From contig CAKPXW010000002.1 of assembly GCA_934202505.1 (NCBI GenBank), forward strand, positions 1 to 41,201: 41,201 nt of DNA, written 5' to 3'. The notes beneath the pieces were generated by a model. The model was not told where the DNA came from and did not search any database. It saw nothing but the letters and a program-made list of their open reading frames with translations. Shown here piece after piece: positions 1-9,849 of this stretch; position 1 is the first letter of the stretch; each line of letters opens with the position of its first letter. This DNA comes from an uncultured Bacilli bacterium. Lineage in GTDB: Bacteria > Bacillota_I > Bacilli_A > RFN20 > CAG-631. A program made the position numbers and the translations under genes.

Positions 1-415
1 CTTCTACTTCAACAATTCTTGGATCAAGAGAAAAAGCTAATTTTTCTGCTTTAATTGCTAAAGATATTTTTTCACTTGTAGGAATAGATGCAAATTTATC
101 TTCATATTTTAAAGCTTTTGCATATTTTGCTGAGCCTGCAAAAATGCCAACTTCTTTAGTATCTTCAATATATTTAGCGTTACTTAAAACATCATGTAAT
201 AATGAATCTATATCGTTTAAATTTTCAGTAGTTGCTACTCCCATTTTTCCATTTACTATTCCTCTTGCATATAATGTTTTATTATCTGCCACACTATATT
301 TTTCAACTTTACTATGGTAAATGGAAAAAGACAATGTATTGGAAGAAGATAGTGAAAGTTCTAATTCTTCTATTCCTAATTCTTTGGCTTTATTAAAAAT
401 ATTAGTAAATTTCAT
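1..415 (-). CDS. pmbA: PmbA/TldE-type partner of TldD (N-terminal part; 3' end runs off the window)
   Basis: Minus-strand ATG at 415..413, one nt after the tldD stop. My translation MKFTNIFNKAKELGIEELELSLSSSNTLSFSIYHSKVEKYSVADNKTLYARGIVNGKMGVATTENL... stays open to position 1 and resembles the TldD/PmbA family N-terminus. Absent from the ORF track because there is no stop in-window. Confidence 0.75.
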   Translation of the reverse strand, partial: MKFTNIFNKAKELGIEELELSLSSSNTLSFSIYHSKVEKYSVADNKTLYARGIVNGKMGVATTENLNDIDSLLHDVLSNAKYIEDTKEVGIFAGSAKYAKALKYEDKFASIPTSEKISLAIKAEKLAFSLDPRIVEVE

Positions 416-416
416 T

Positions 417-1817
417 TTATTTTCCTCCTTGCCCACCAACAGTTATTTTAGAAACTCTAATTGTTGGTTGACCTACATCTGCTGGAATTGACCCACTGGC
501 AGCACCACACATTCCTTGAGAACGTTTTAAATTGTTAGCAATCATATCAATATTAAATAAAATGCTTGCTCCATTTCCAATTATTGATGCGCCTTTAACA
601 GGTTTAGTTATCTTACCATTTTCTACAAGGTATCCCTCTCTTACAGCAAAATTGAAATCTCCTGTTGTTGGATTAACTGATCCTCCGCCTAAAGAGGCAG
701 CATATAAGCCATACTTTGTTGATTTAATAATTTCTTCTTTTGTTGAAGTTCCATTTCCGATGAATGTATTCGACATCCTTGATGTTGGCTCATATTTATA
801 TGATTCTCTACGGCAAGCACCATTTCCTTTTTCGTTCATAGCACGTCCATTAAAGTTATCTACTAGATAATTTACCAATACGCCATTTTTAATTAATTGA
901 TTGCATTGAGTTTTATTTCCTTCATCATCAAAATTCCCAGATCCCCAGCCACCATCAATTGTTCCATCATCAAAAGCATTGACAATATCTGAAGCAATTT
1001 TAGTGCCCTTTTTACCAGAAAATACTGATAAGTTTTTAGAAACTGCTGAAGCTTCAAGGCCATGTCCACAAGCTTCATGGAAAATAACCCCACCAAAGCC
1101 ATTATCAATAATAACTGGCATTTCTCCAGAAGGACAATCAATTGCATCTAACATAATTAGAGCACTTTTTGCTGCTTTTATAGCAACTTCTTTTAAATCA
1201 ATATCATCTTTGAAAAACTCAAATCCTTTTTGAGCGCCAGGTCCTTCTCCATTTTCTTGCATTATGCCATCTTTAGTGGCAATAGCACTAATGAATACTC
1301 TTCCTCTAACATGACGATCTTTACATATTTTTCCATCTGTATTATATATTTCAACTTTTTTATCTACTGTTGAATATCTAATATCAACTTTTGTAATCTT
1401 TTCATCATAATCTTTAGCTGCTTGATAAGCTTCTTTTATTAAAGAAAATTGATTATCAAGAGGAATTGAATCATAATTAATTTTTGGTAAATTTTTATTT
1501 TTTGATCTTACAACTTTTAAAGGAGCAACTTGATATTCTTGTTTTCCTTCAAAACTATCTTTCAAAGTAGATGCAAGTTTCATTAAGCCTTTAAATGTTA
1601 AATCATTTGTATATCCATATACACATTTATCTTTTTTGAAAATACGAATTCCACAACCATATATGGTATTTGAACTTATTCTAGAAACCTTTCCTTCATC
1701 AAATAAATACACATTATTTTTAGTATTTTCAAAAAATAATTCTCCATAGTCTCCACCTGTTTTTAAAGTGGTATCTAGTATTTCTACAATTTTATTTTTC
1801 CCTAACATACTTTTCAA
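417..1817 (-). CDS. tldD: TldD-family zinc metalloprotease
   Basis: 466-aa ORF with the FHEACGHGLE motif typical of TldD, a Gly-rich C-terminus, and tight coupling to a downstream PmbA-like gene. Confidence 0.9.
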   Translation of the reverse strand: MKSMLGKNKIVEILDTTLKTGGDYGELFFENTKNNVYLFDEGKVSRISSNTIYGCGIRIFKKDKCVYGYTNDLTFKGLMKLASTLKDSFEGKQEYQVAPLKVVRSKNKNLPKINYDSIPLDNQFSLIKEAYQAAKDYDEKITKVDIRYSTVDKKVEIYNTDGKICKDRHVRGRVFISAIATKDGIMQENGEGPGAQKGFEFFKDDIDLKEVAIKAAKSALIMLDAIDCPSGEMPVIIDNGFGGVIFHEACGHGLEASAVSKNLSVFSGKKGTKIASDIVNAFDDGTIDGGWGSGNFDDEGNKTQCNQLIKNGVLVNYLVDNFNGRAMNEKGNGACRRESYKYEPTSRMSNTFIGNGTSTKEEIIKSTKYGLYAASLGGGSVNPTTGDFNFAVREGYLVENGKITKPVKGASIIGNGASILFNIDMIANNLKRSQGMCGAASGSIPADVGQPTIRVSKITVGGQGGK

Positions 1818-1925
1818 TCTCCTTTCAAGATATAATACTATATTTCTTTTATAAAGAAAAGATTTATTTTTACTTTTACTATGCTTGTGTTTGTATTATA
1901 ATTATTTATGTGGAGGTATTTTTTT

Positions 1926-3683
1926 ATGAAAAATATAAAAAAGCAAATTACAGGTTTAATAGTAGCTACTTTATTATGTGGAAGTTGTGCTAATCCTTTA
2001 GAAAGTGATAGTAATAACATTATTAATAGTATTCTTGATAAAATAAGTGACTATTTAAGTGATAGTAATTATTCAAGCGATGAGATAAGTTCTATTGAAC
2101 AAGAAATTTCTAGTATCTTAGAATCTTCTCCTGAGCAAGAAAGTAGTAATAATTATTTAGATAGTTTATCTATTACTTCTATTGCTAATGCATTAAAGAT
2201 TGCTCAAAAATTAGATAATGGAGCAAGTACTAACACTAAATATTATTTAAAAGGAAAAGTAGTAGATTTATCAAACACTATTTATGGTAATTGCTATCTT
2301 CAAGATAATGATGGCAATAAAATTCAAATTTATGGTTCTTATTCTTTTGATGGCTCTAAAAGATATGATTCGATGTCTAATAAATTTAAAGATGGCGATG
2401 AAGTTATTTTCTATGGAATTTTAAAAAATTATTTCAATGAAAACACTTCTACTAATTATTATGAAATGGAAAATGCCTGGACTATTGGAATAAATGGAGT
2501 TTATCAAGGAAATAACACTGATGGGCCTAATGATTCAGATAGTTCTAATCCATCAGATAATGAAAACTTTGTTGATACATTAGACTTAACTTCTATTTCA
2601 GATATTATTTCTATTGCAAGTTCTCTTGCTAATGGAGAAACATCAAAGGAAAAATATTATGTTCTAGGTAATGTTACAGATTTATACAATACTACTTATG
2701 GTAATTGCTATCTTCAAGATAATGATGGTAATAAAATTCAAATTTATGGTTCTTATTCTTTTGATGGTTCAAAAAGATATGATTCGATGTCTAATAAGTT
2801 TGTCGAAGGTGATGAAGTTGTCTTCTATGGACCTGTTATGAATTATTATGACTCACAAAAGCAAGTGAACAAATATGAACTTGTTAATGCTTGGACTATT
2901 GCTATTAATGGCGTTGACCAATCAAAAGCAGCTCCAAATCCTATTGATCCTAACCCAATTACTCCAGATAATCCAATTTATCCATCTGAAGATGGTTGGA
3001 CAAATACAGATATGAAAGACTATTATTCAGGAATTTCTTTAAAAGAAACAGGAGATACTCTTCTTTCATCTTTAAGAACTTTAAATAATAAAATGCGTAA
3101 AAAAACTGTTGGATACAGTGGACTTTGGACTTATTATAGTCAAACAGATTATGATCCTAACAATAAAAATCAATACCTTGCTTTCTATCAAGGCGTTGGT
3201 GGAAGTAAAAGTGAAATGAATAAAGAACATGTTTGGCCAAAATCACGTGGTGGAAATTTAGTCGATGGTGATTTACATATGACTCGTCCAACTTTTACAA
3301 AAGATAATTCAAGTCGTGGCCATTCTTTCTATGTTGAAGGAAGAAACCATTCATCATCTGGTTGGGATCCTAAAGCTGCTGGAATGAAAGAACAATATCG
3401 TGGTCAAGCAGCTCGTATTATTTTCTATTGTGTTGTAGCAAGTAATCAATTAAGTCTTGTTGATAAAGATAATGATGCAACATCTAATAAAACAATGGGA
3501 AAATTATCTGATTTATTAAAATGGAATTTAGAATATGATGTTGTTCAAAGTGAACTAAATCGTAATAACGGTGCTCAAAATGTGCAAGGAAATAGAAATC
3601 CATTTATTGATAATCCTGGAATGGCTTGTGCCATTTGGGGTAATACAAATACCACTACAAAATCTATTTGTGCAGGTAAATAA
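1926..3683 (+). CDS. Secreted lipoprotein nuclease: two OB-like repeat modules plus a C-terminal endonuclease I family domain
   Basis: GGAGG lies 9 nt before the ATG at 1926. Signal peptide and lipobox (LLCGSC). C-terminal motifs EHVWPKSRGG, AARIIFY and QGNRNPFID match Endonuclease_1 (PF04231). Confidence 0.85.
   Translation: MKNIKKQITGLIVATLLCGSCANPLESDSNNIINSILDKISDYLSDSNYSSDEISSIEQEISSILESSPEQESSNNYLDSLSITSIANALKIAQKLDNGASTNTKYYLKGKVVDLSNTIYGNCYLQDNDGNKIQIYGSYSFDGSKRYDSMSNKFKDGDEVIFYGILKNYFNENTSTNYYEMENAWTIGINGVYQGNNTDGPNDSDSSNPSDNENFVDTLDLTSISDIISIASSLANGETSKEKYYVLGNVTDLYNTTYGNCYLQDNDGNKIQIYGSYSFDGSKRYDSMSNKFVEGDEVVFYGPVMNYYDSQKQVNKYELVNAWTIAINGVDQSKAAPNPIDPNPITPDNPIYPSEDGWTNTDMKDYYSGISLKETGDTLLSSLRTLNNKMRKKTVGYSGLWTYYSQTDYDPNNKNQYLAFYQGVGGSKSEMNKEHVWPKSRGGNLVDGDLHMTRPTFTKDNSSRGHSFYVEGRNHSSSGWDPKAAGMKEQYRGQAARIIFYCVVASNQLSLVDKDNDATSNKTMGKLSDLLKWNLEYDVVQSELNRNNGAQNVQGNRNPFIDNPGMACAIWGNTNTTTKSICAGK
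2148..2919 (+). repeat. Internal tandem duplication (period 414 bp, 138 aa) inside the nuclease gene
   Basis: GGTAATTGCTATCTTCAAGATAATGATGG... starts at 2286 and again at 2700. The ~130-bp cores are nearly identical and encode YGNCYLQDNDGNKIQIYGSYSFDGSKRYDSMSNKF in both copies; the flanks are more diverged. Confidence 0.9.
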
Positions 3684-3685
3684 CA

Positions 3686-5659
3686 ATGAAAAAAATCACT
3701 TATTATTATAATTATATCAACCCTACTCCAGAAAGTAATCCTGAAGGTGCATTTGCTCCTGCTTGTCGTGGACAAGATCAATTAAATATTTATACATATG
3801 ATTTTAAAGACAAAACAAAAGACAATTTTACAGGGACTAATCCTTGGGGAATCGAAGCTTCTATTGACAAAAATGGTATTGTCAAAGATATTTCTTGTAA
3901 AGTAAAAATTCCTTTTAATGGTTTTGTCCTTTCTGGGAATTCCAAAGGTCTTGATTTTATTAATAATAATATTTCTTTAGGATCTAAAGTTATCATAGAC
4001 AATGTAAACCATGTAATTATTGTGGAAACAGATCCTATAAAAACTAAAATTATTACTTTAAATAATAAAAGAAAACACATTTATAAAATGCTAAATATTG
4101 CTAATAAAAACGCATATCTTTTAGATTATGATTTAATTAATAAAAACTTAAATACTTTAGATAATATCAATGTGGAATTAAAAAGTAATACAAAGAATAT
4201 ACGTAAATTTAATCAACTTTATAAAAAAGCCTTGAATATTGTTGATACTTTATATTTATTATGTTCAAATAGCCCTATGATTTTTTCAAGAGGATGTTGG
4301 GAAAGACCAGAAGCAAAAACACTTTCTGATCTTATAAAGCGTTTAAACATTATGAAAAAATGCAATATAAATACTTTCTATGTTGAATCTTTTTATAATG
4401 GAAATATACCAGGCATTTCTTCTATTACAGAAACTAGTGAAGAAGTTAGAAATTGTAATTATGGAAAATATGGTAATGATTACTTACTAGCTTTGATTAG
4501 TGAAGCTCATAAACGTAATATTGAAGTGCATGCTTGGGTAGAGTGCTTCTTTGTTGGAGAAAAATCCTCTCAATGGAAGGATAGATATCCTGATTCTTGG
4601 CATATGGTTAACTATAATGGGACTTTTGTTCAAGGAAAAGGAGATGGAAATTCTGAACTTGTAGAAAATGACTTTATCTTTTTAGATCCTGCTAATCCTG
4701 AATGCCATCAATATGTTCTTTCTATATATAAAGAATTGTTAACAAAATATGATTTTGATGGTATTAATGTTGACTACATTCGTTATCCTCATGGTAATTA
4801 TCAACTATCAACCTCTAATGGTTACAGTGAATATGCTATGGAGGAATTTAAAAGAATATATAATCTAACAGGTGATGTTCGTGAACTTGTAAAAGACAAC
4901 AAAATCAATTCATTATGGACAAAATATCGTTGTGATAAAATAACGCTTTTAATGAAAGAAATTAAAGAATTAGTTGATTCTCTTGATCATAAAATATTAA
5001 TTTCTATGGCTGTAGTTCCAGAAACGAATTATGCCATTAATAATAAAATGCAAGATTGGGTGTCTTGGGTAAAAAAAGGATATATTGATATTACATTCCC
5101 AATGGCTTATTATTTTGGTTGTGAAGAAGTAGCTAAATCTACTAAAGAATTAGTAAAGTTTAATAATTTAAAAGCTTTCTCTTATACAGGAATTGCTCCT
5201 AATTATATAGGTGGTAAACCTATGCTTGCAGCAGAACAAATTAATACTGTTTTTGAAAATGGTGCTGAAGGATATTGTATTTTTTCTTTTGATAGTATAA
5301 GTAAAAACAAACAAATTCAAAAAGTATTAAGAACTGGTCCAAATAAAAATAAAGCTGTTTCTCCACATTCTGATTATAAAAGAATATGTAATATATTCTA
5401 TAAAGAATTTGCTTTAAAGAAAACTCATTTTATCAATGTTTTCCAAGAAAGTGAAAGTAATTTTTCTTATATTTTAAAAGAAATAAATAATTTAAAATAT
5501 AGTAAAGATATTATAGATTGCATCAATAATGTTGAGATTATTAAAGCATTAGTAAAAATTCATTTTAATAAGCAATCACTTATTACTGCTACAAAAGAAT
5601 TAAACTATTTATTACATATATTAACTATTCATGAATACATTAACGAAAAAAGTTGTTAG
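3686..5659 (+). CDS. Glycoside hydrolase-like family 10 (GHL10, YngK-like) protein with extra N- and C-terminal regions
   Basis: 657-aa ORF starting 2 nt after the nuclease stop. Motifs NTFYVESFYNG, EVHAWVECFFVG and DGINVDYIRYP are typical of PF02638-type TIM-barrel proteins. Confidence 0.75.
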   Translation: MKKITYYYNYINPTPESNPEGAFAPACRGQDQLNIYTYDFKDKTKDNFTGTNPWGIEASIDKNGIVKDISCKVKIPFNGFVLSGNSKGLDFINNNISLGSKVIIDNVNHVIIVETDPIKTKIITLNNKRKHIYKMLNIANKNAYLLDYDLINKNLNTLDNINVELKSNTKNIRKFNQLYKKALNIVDTLYLLCSNSPMIFSRGCWERPEAKTLSDLIKRLNIMKKCNINTFYVESFYNGNIPGISSITETSEEVRNCNYGKYGNDYLLALISEAHKRNIEVHAWVECFFVGEKSSQWKDRYPDSWHMVNYNGTFVQGKGDGNSELVENDFIFLDPANPECHQYVLSIYKELLTKYDFDGINVDYIRYPHGNYQLSTSNGYSEYAMEEFKRIYNLTGDVRELVKDNKINSLWTKYRCDKITLLMKEIKELVDSLDHKILISMAVVPETNYAINNKMQDWVSWVKKGYIDITFPMAYYFGCEEVAKSTKELVKFNNLKAFSYTGIAPNYIGGKPMLAAEQINTVFENGAEGYCIFSFDSISKNKQIQKVLRTGPNKNKAVSPHSDYKRICNIFYKEFALKKTHFINVFQESESNFSYILKEINNLKYSKDIIDCINNVEIIKALVKIHFNKQSLITATKELNYLLHILTIHEYINEKSC

Positions 5660-5680
5660 TTTATAGCTAATAACTTTTTT
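5647..5680 (+). terminator. Rho-independent terminator overlapping the GHL10 stop codon
   Basis: AAAAGTTGTTAG / CTAATAACTTTT forms a 12-bp stem (one G-T pair) followed by a T-run. Confidence 0.6.
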
Positions 5681-5770
5681 GTATCATTAACTATTTTGTA
5701 AAAAAAATCATTTATATTTTTTATTTTGTATTATATAATAAACTATAATTATATTAAAAGGAGGAAACCT

Positions 5771-7735
5771 ATGAATAAAAAATTATTATTACTTTCATCT
5801 TTATTAATACTTACTAGTTGCAATAAAGGAAATGAATCTAATTCTTCAAATAATATTGATTCAAATACAATAACTGAAAACTCTACAAGTAATATTCCAT
5901 CTAATAGTGAGGTTAGTAGTTTACCACAAGAAGAAACTTTTGATGATTTAATTACTAAAATGTTAAATTCTTCTCCTGAGATATCTTTTGAAAATTATCA
6001 AAAATGTCTTGTAATATGTGATGAATTGTACACTACCTATGATACACAAACTTATAAAAAAATTAAAGACGCTGGTATCGATAGATCATGGCCTGAAAAA
6101 TCAGCAAATCTATATTTATCATATTGGCAAGCTCATAGTAAACTTATGAAAGCTTTAAAGAAAGTTTTGCAAAATGATTCCAATTTTATTTATTATAATT
6201 CAAGAATAGAAAATTGTGATTTTTATAAAAACTTAGATGAAAACAATTTTTATGTTGATAGAAATTATGTTGACATTGATCTTGATGAGTTAGTAAATCT
6301 TGGCAATACTATTGAAAGCGATTTAGATAATTCATCTATGACTAAAGAAGACTTAGCAAAAAAACTTGAACAATATGATCATTTGTTTGGCTCTTTATTA
6401 AATAACAAACAATTATCTTCTTTGCAATCTGATATATTTGCCGATGATGAAACTTTACAAGATTTATCAGCTACTTATGATGAAAAATATAATGATTTAC
6501 TAAATACTTATAAAGCAATTTTTAAAAAAGCTTTATTAAATGATAAATATAAAGACTATATTTATACTTATTTTGATTTTACAGAAGAAGATTATCAATT
6601 TTTCATTGATGTTGAAATATATGATGATGAAACTATGGCTTTATTAAATAAAGAGACAGAGTTAGTCTCTTCTTATGAAAAAGCTTATAATATGGAAGAT
6701 TCAAGTTTTGACTATGCTCAAAACTATTTAGATTTAGTTACAGTAAGAAATCAAATTGCTAAAGTTATGGGTTATTCTAACTACTATGAATATGCTTTTA
6801 AAGAAGTTTATGATCGCGATTATAGTGTAAAAGAAGCTTCTAATTTAACATCTAATATTTTAAGCAGTACTGATTTAAATACGGCAAACGATCTTTTGTA
6901 TGAATCTATTGCATCAAAATATAATGAGTTAATGACATCTTATCTTAAAGAATCTGCTTTAATGGAAATGTTAACATATTGTGAACAAATTGAACCTAGA
7001 GCAAAACAAGCACTACTTGAACTTGAAACATATGGAAACTATAACTTTGAATATCGTAGTAATAAATATGGAGGTTCTTATGTTTGTACTATTGATTCCA
7101 ATTCTAATAGATTTATTTTAGTCAATAGATCTGGAACAATTATGGATTATTCTACTGTTTCTCATGAATTTGGACATTATACTGCTTTAACCCAAAGTGA
7201 TCCAAATCTTGAAGGAGATACTTATTCTCTTGATATTTGTGAAGTTCATTCTCAAGGAATGGAATACTTAATGACTAATTTTTATAGATCTTTGCTTGGA
7301 GATAGAAAAAAAGCAAATCTTCTTACAAATTATGAAGTATATAATGCTATTTGGACATTACAATCAGGTTCTGCAATTGCTTCTTTTGAAGAATATGCCT
7401 ATACTACAACAGACACTTTAACTACAAGTAAATTAATGGCAAAATCTAATGAATTATTAGGTGGTATTGGTACAACTGTTAAATATTATGATATTCCTCA
7501 TATTTTTTCATCACCTGCTTATTATATTTCTTATGTTACATCTTTAATTGCATCTCTTGAATTATTCTCAATGGACTTTAATGAAGCAATAAAATCTTAC
7601 CAAACTATCGTAAGTTATGGTGAAAGTAATAATTTTAAATTTGTTTTAAATAAAGCTAATTTAAAAGATCCTTTTACTGATGATGCATGGCAAACTGTTT
7701 TAACAAAAATAAAATCTGTTGCTGGTGTAAAATAA
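5771..7735 (+). CDS. Lipoprotein, M3-family (oligoendopeptidase F-like) zinc metallopeptidase
   Basis: AAAGGAGG RBS before the ATG at 5771. MNKKLLLLSSLLILTSC lipobox. HEFGH zinc motif with a downstream CEVHSQGME Glu, as in the M3 family. Confidence 0.75.
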   Translation: MNKKLLLLSSLLILTSCNKGNESNSSNNIDSNTITENSTSNIPSNSEVSSLPQEETFDDLITKMLNSSPEISFENYQKCLVICDELYTTYDTQTYKKIKDAGIDRSWPEKSANLYLSYWQAHSKLMKALKKVLQNDSNFIYYNSRIENCDFYKNLDENNFYVDRNYVDIDLDELVNLGNTIESDLDNSSMTKEDLAKKLEQYDHLFGSLLNNKQLSSLQSDIFADDETLQDLSATYDEKYNDLLNTYKAIFKKALLNDKYKDYIYTYFDFTEEDYQFFIDVEIYDDETMALLNKETELVSSYEKAYNMEDSSFDYAQNYLDLVTVRNQIAKVMGYSNYYEYAFKEVYDRDYSVKEASNLTSNILSSTDLNTANDLLYESIASKYNELMTSYLKESALMEMLTYCEQIEPRAKQALLELETYGNYNFEYRSNKYGGSYVCTIDSNSNRFILVNRSGTIMDYSTVSHEFGHYTALTQSDPNLEGDTYSLDICEVHSQGMEYLMTNFYRSLLGDRKKANLLTNYEVYNAIWTLQSGSAIASFEEYAYTTTDTLTTSKLMAKSNELLGGIGTTVKYYDIPHIFSSPAYYISYVTSLIASLELFSMDFNEAIKSYQTIVSYGESNNFKFVLNKANLKDPFTDDAWQTVLTKIKSVAGVK

Positions 7736-7736
7736 A

Positions 7737-8300
7737 ATGCAACTATATTGTTTAGAAGTTAATGACTATTCAGCAAATATTGATATGTCTATTTTTCCTT
7801 TAAATTTACAACAACATATCAAACAATATCAAGGAAAAGATAGAATTAATAGTTACTATGCTTATAAGATTTTATATGATAAAATCGATGATTTTAATAT
7901 AGAATTTTCTTTAAATGGTAAACCATTATTTAAAAACCATTTTGTATCGATAAGTCATAGTGAAAATATGGTGTTGGTAGCTATTTCTTTTAAAAATGTT
8001 GGAATTGATTTGCAATGTCATAAAAAAATAAGTAAATCATTAATTGATAAAATCGTTCCTAATAATCATATTAATGCAGTCTATAATGATAATAACTTAT
8101 TTTTTAACTATTGGTGCCTGATGGAAGCAAAATGTAAATATGATGATGGTAAATTAGTAAACTATTTTAAACAAGATATTACTGGTAAAACTTTAACTAT
8201 TACTGATAGAAGCAAAAATTGCTATACTATTGGTATAGTAAGTAATGATACAAATATTAACATTAAAAAAATGGAGATTAATAATGGAAATATCAATTAA
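7737..8300 (+). CDS. 4'-phosphopantetheinyl transferase family protein (divergent)
   Basis: SISHSENMVLVAISFKNVGIDLQ and WCLMEAKCK resemble the PPTase motifs (G-I-D-x-E and W-x-x-K-E-x-x-x-K). Starts 1 nt after the peptidase stop. Confidence 0.6.
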   Translation: MQLYCLEVNDYSANIDMSIFPLNLQQHIKQYQGKDRINSYYAYKILYDKIDDFNIEFSLNGKPLFKNHFVSISHSENMVLVAISFKNVGIDLQCHKKISKSLIDKIVPNNHINAVYNDNNLFFNYWCLMEAKCKYDDGKLVNYFKQDITGKTLTITDRSKNCYTIGIVSNDTNINIKKMEINNGNIN

Positions 8301-8763
8301 AAAAGCCACAAGTAAACTTGTCAATTATGAAAATATAATTGAGCAAATAAAATCTTTAGAAGATGTGCATCCGCTATCTTTACTATCATCTTGTATTGCT
8401 CTTTTATACAACTATATTGATAAAGTATCTTGGGCTGGAATATATCTATATGACAATGATAAAAATCAATTATATGTTGGTCCATATCAAGGAAATATTG
8501 CTTGTTTGAACATTATTATGGGTATGGGAGTTTGTGGGGCTGTTGCTATGCTTAAAAAGACAAAAATTGTTAAAGATGTTAGAAAGGAAAAAAATCATAT
8601 TTATTGTGATGAAAAAACACTTTCTGAAATTGTTGTTCCTATCTTAAAAAATGAAATGATTATTGGTGTTATAGATATTGATTCATATACTGTAAATAAT
8701 TTTAATGAAATTGATCAATACTATTTAGAAAAAATTGCCAAAATTATTTCATTAAAGTATTAA
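8284..8763 (+). CDS. GAF domain protein, free methionine-(R)-sulfoxide reductase (MsrC/YebR)-like
   Basis: GGAG RBS before the ATG at 8284. WAGIYLY...LYVGPYQG...GVCG...HIYCDEKTLSEIVVPI matches the small GAF/MsrC family. Overlaps the PPTase stop. Confidence 0.75.
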   Translation: MEISIKKATSKLVNYENIIEQIKSLEDVHPLSLLSSCIALLYNYIDKVSWAGIYLYDNDKNQLYVGPYQGNIACLNIIMGMGVCGAVAMLKKTKIVKDVRKEKNHIYCDEKTLSEIVVPILKNEMIIGVIDIDSYTVNNFNEIDQYYLEKIAKIISLKY

Positions 8764-9197
8764 TTTAAAATTATTATACCTATACTTAAATAAGTTGCTA
8801 TAATTAGCCATATTAAATAAAATAGATTTAAATATAAGTATTTCTTTTTTTCTTTTGCTAGGTAGTAAACAAATACTATGCTTACTAAAATAATTAAAAA
8901 TAATACAATTAATCCTATTACAAATGAACCAATGAAAAAGAAAAATAAATTCCATATAAGGTGTAATACTAACACATATAAATATAGAAAGTATGCACCT
9001 TTTTTTTCGTATCCATCAAGCATTGTGTAAGCAAGAATTAAATAAATAATAGTCCATGCTATAGAAAACATAAAATCTTTAGGAGCAAGTGGTGGAAGAG
9101 TTAAATCATTATATTTTACTTTTCCAAACATAATAAAAAGTCCACTTCCTATAATTGTAATTAATAATGGAGTAAGGACTTTTACATATTTTTTCAT
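8760..9197 (-). CDS. TspO/MBR-like tryptophan-rich membrane protein
   Basis: 145 aa with about 5 TM segments. The LPPLAPKDFMFSIAWTIIYLILAY segment resembles the TspO signature. Confidence 0.55.
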   Translation of the reverse strand: MKKYVKVLTPLLITIIGSGLFIMFGKVKYNDLTLPPLAPKDFMFSIAWTIIYLILAYTMLDGYEKKGAYFLYLYVLVLHLIWNLFFFFIGSFVIGLIVLFLIILVSIVFVYYLAKEKKKYLYLNLFYLIWLIIATYLSIGIIILN

Positions 9198-9242
9198 AAT
9201 ATCACCATTTTTAGTATATGATTATATTAGGGTGATAATACA

Positions 9243-9659
9243 CTATTTATTTTTATATAATGTTATTTCTTCTTTATTTTCAAATAAATGTTTAAATCTA
9301 GTAACATCTATATAACAATTCTCTTTTACCATAAATGTCTTTAAAACATCAAATAATGTTTTATTACTTATATTAGCAAGGCATGCTAAATAATAGATAT
9401 TCTCACCGGCGTTAACTAATATCACTGTTTCATTGCAAATTGATATTATAAAGCCAAAATCTTTATTTTCCATTTCTAGACTATCAATAAGTATAGAATT
9501 TTCGAAATTATTAGCATTAATGACATACCTTTTTACTTTACTTTCAATAATTGGTTTTGTTTTATCAAGTTCTCCTTCAAATAAAAATGAATTATTTAAT
9601 GTTTCGTCGTATTTTACAAAATAAGGAGTCCTTATATATCTAAATTGTACATTTTCCAT
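9243..9659 (-). CDS. Hypothetical protein
   Basis: 138-aa ORF with GGAG-containing upstream sequence; no motif recognised. Confidence 0.5.
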   Translation of the reverse strand: MENVQFRYIRTPYFVKYDETLNNSFLFEGELDKTKPIIESKVKRYVINANNFENSILIDSLEMENKDFGFIISICNETVILVNAGENIYYLACLANISNKTLFDVLKTFMVKENCYIDVTRFKHLFENKEEITLYKNK

Positions 9660-9731
9660 AGTGTATTTCTCCTTTAAATTAATAGTAAATCATTGTATGT
9701 TATTTTTCAATAGCTAAAATTTCAAAAAAAC

Positions 9732-9760
9732 TTGAAATAATTCCATAAAAATGATAATAT
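9732..9760 (+). promoter_or_regulatory. Sigma-70 type promoter for tRNA-Trp
   Basis: TTGAAA (9732..9737), 17-nt spacer, TAATAT (9755..9760), 15 nt upstream of the tRNA 5' end. Confidence 0.6.
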
Positions 9761-9775
9761 ATCTCTTGCAAATAT

Positions 9776-9849
9776 AGGGGCATAGTTAAATGGCTTAACA
9801 ACGGTCTCCAAAACCGTCAATCTGGGTTCGATTCCTAGTGCCCCTGCCA
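9776..9849 (+). tRNA. trnW: tRNA-Trp (anticodon CCA), CCA-3' encoded
   Basis: Folded by hand: acceptor AGGGGCA/TGCCCCT, anticodon stem ACGGT/ACCGT with loop CTCCAAA, T-arm CTGGG-TTCGATT-CCTAG, discriminator G, then CCA. Confidence 0.9.

Noticed and set aside
532-1233. ORFs 532..870(+), 893..1147(-) and 979..1233(+) inside tldD
   Set aside because: These are shadow or alternative-frame ORFs within a well-supported TldD gene, with no independent signals.
8752-8955. Small ORFs overlapping called genes or intergenic A/T-rich DNA (8752..8955, 11322..11504, 11969..12175, 13689..13892, 14866..15078, 18959..19222, 22310..22654, 24224..24418, 25642..26016, 27854..28084, 33060..34072, 40893..41111 and similar)
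   Set aside because: All of them lie antisense to, or out of frame within, better-supported genes, or span promoter/terminator sequence. None has an RBS or a recognisable motif.
9776-9849. Possibility that this AT-rich organism uses genetic code 4 (TGA = Trp)
   Set aside because: The only tRNA-Trp seen has anticodon CCA. TGA clearly terminates well-defined genes (tetR at 20435..20437, rmuC at 21749..21751, the giant gene at 18946..18948). Conserved Trp positions are TGG.
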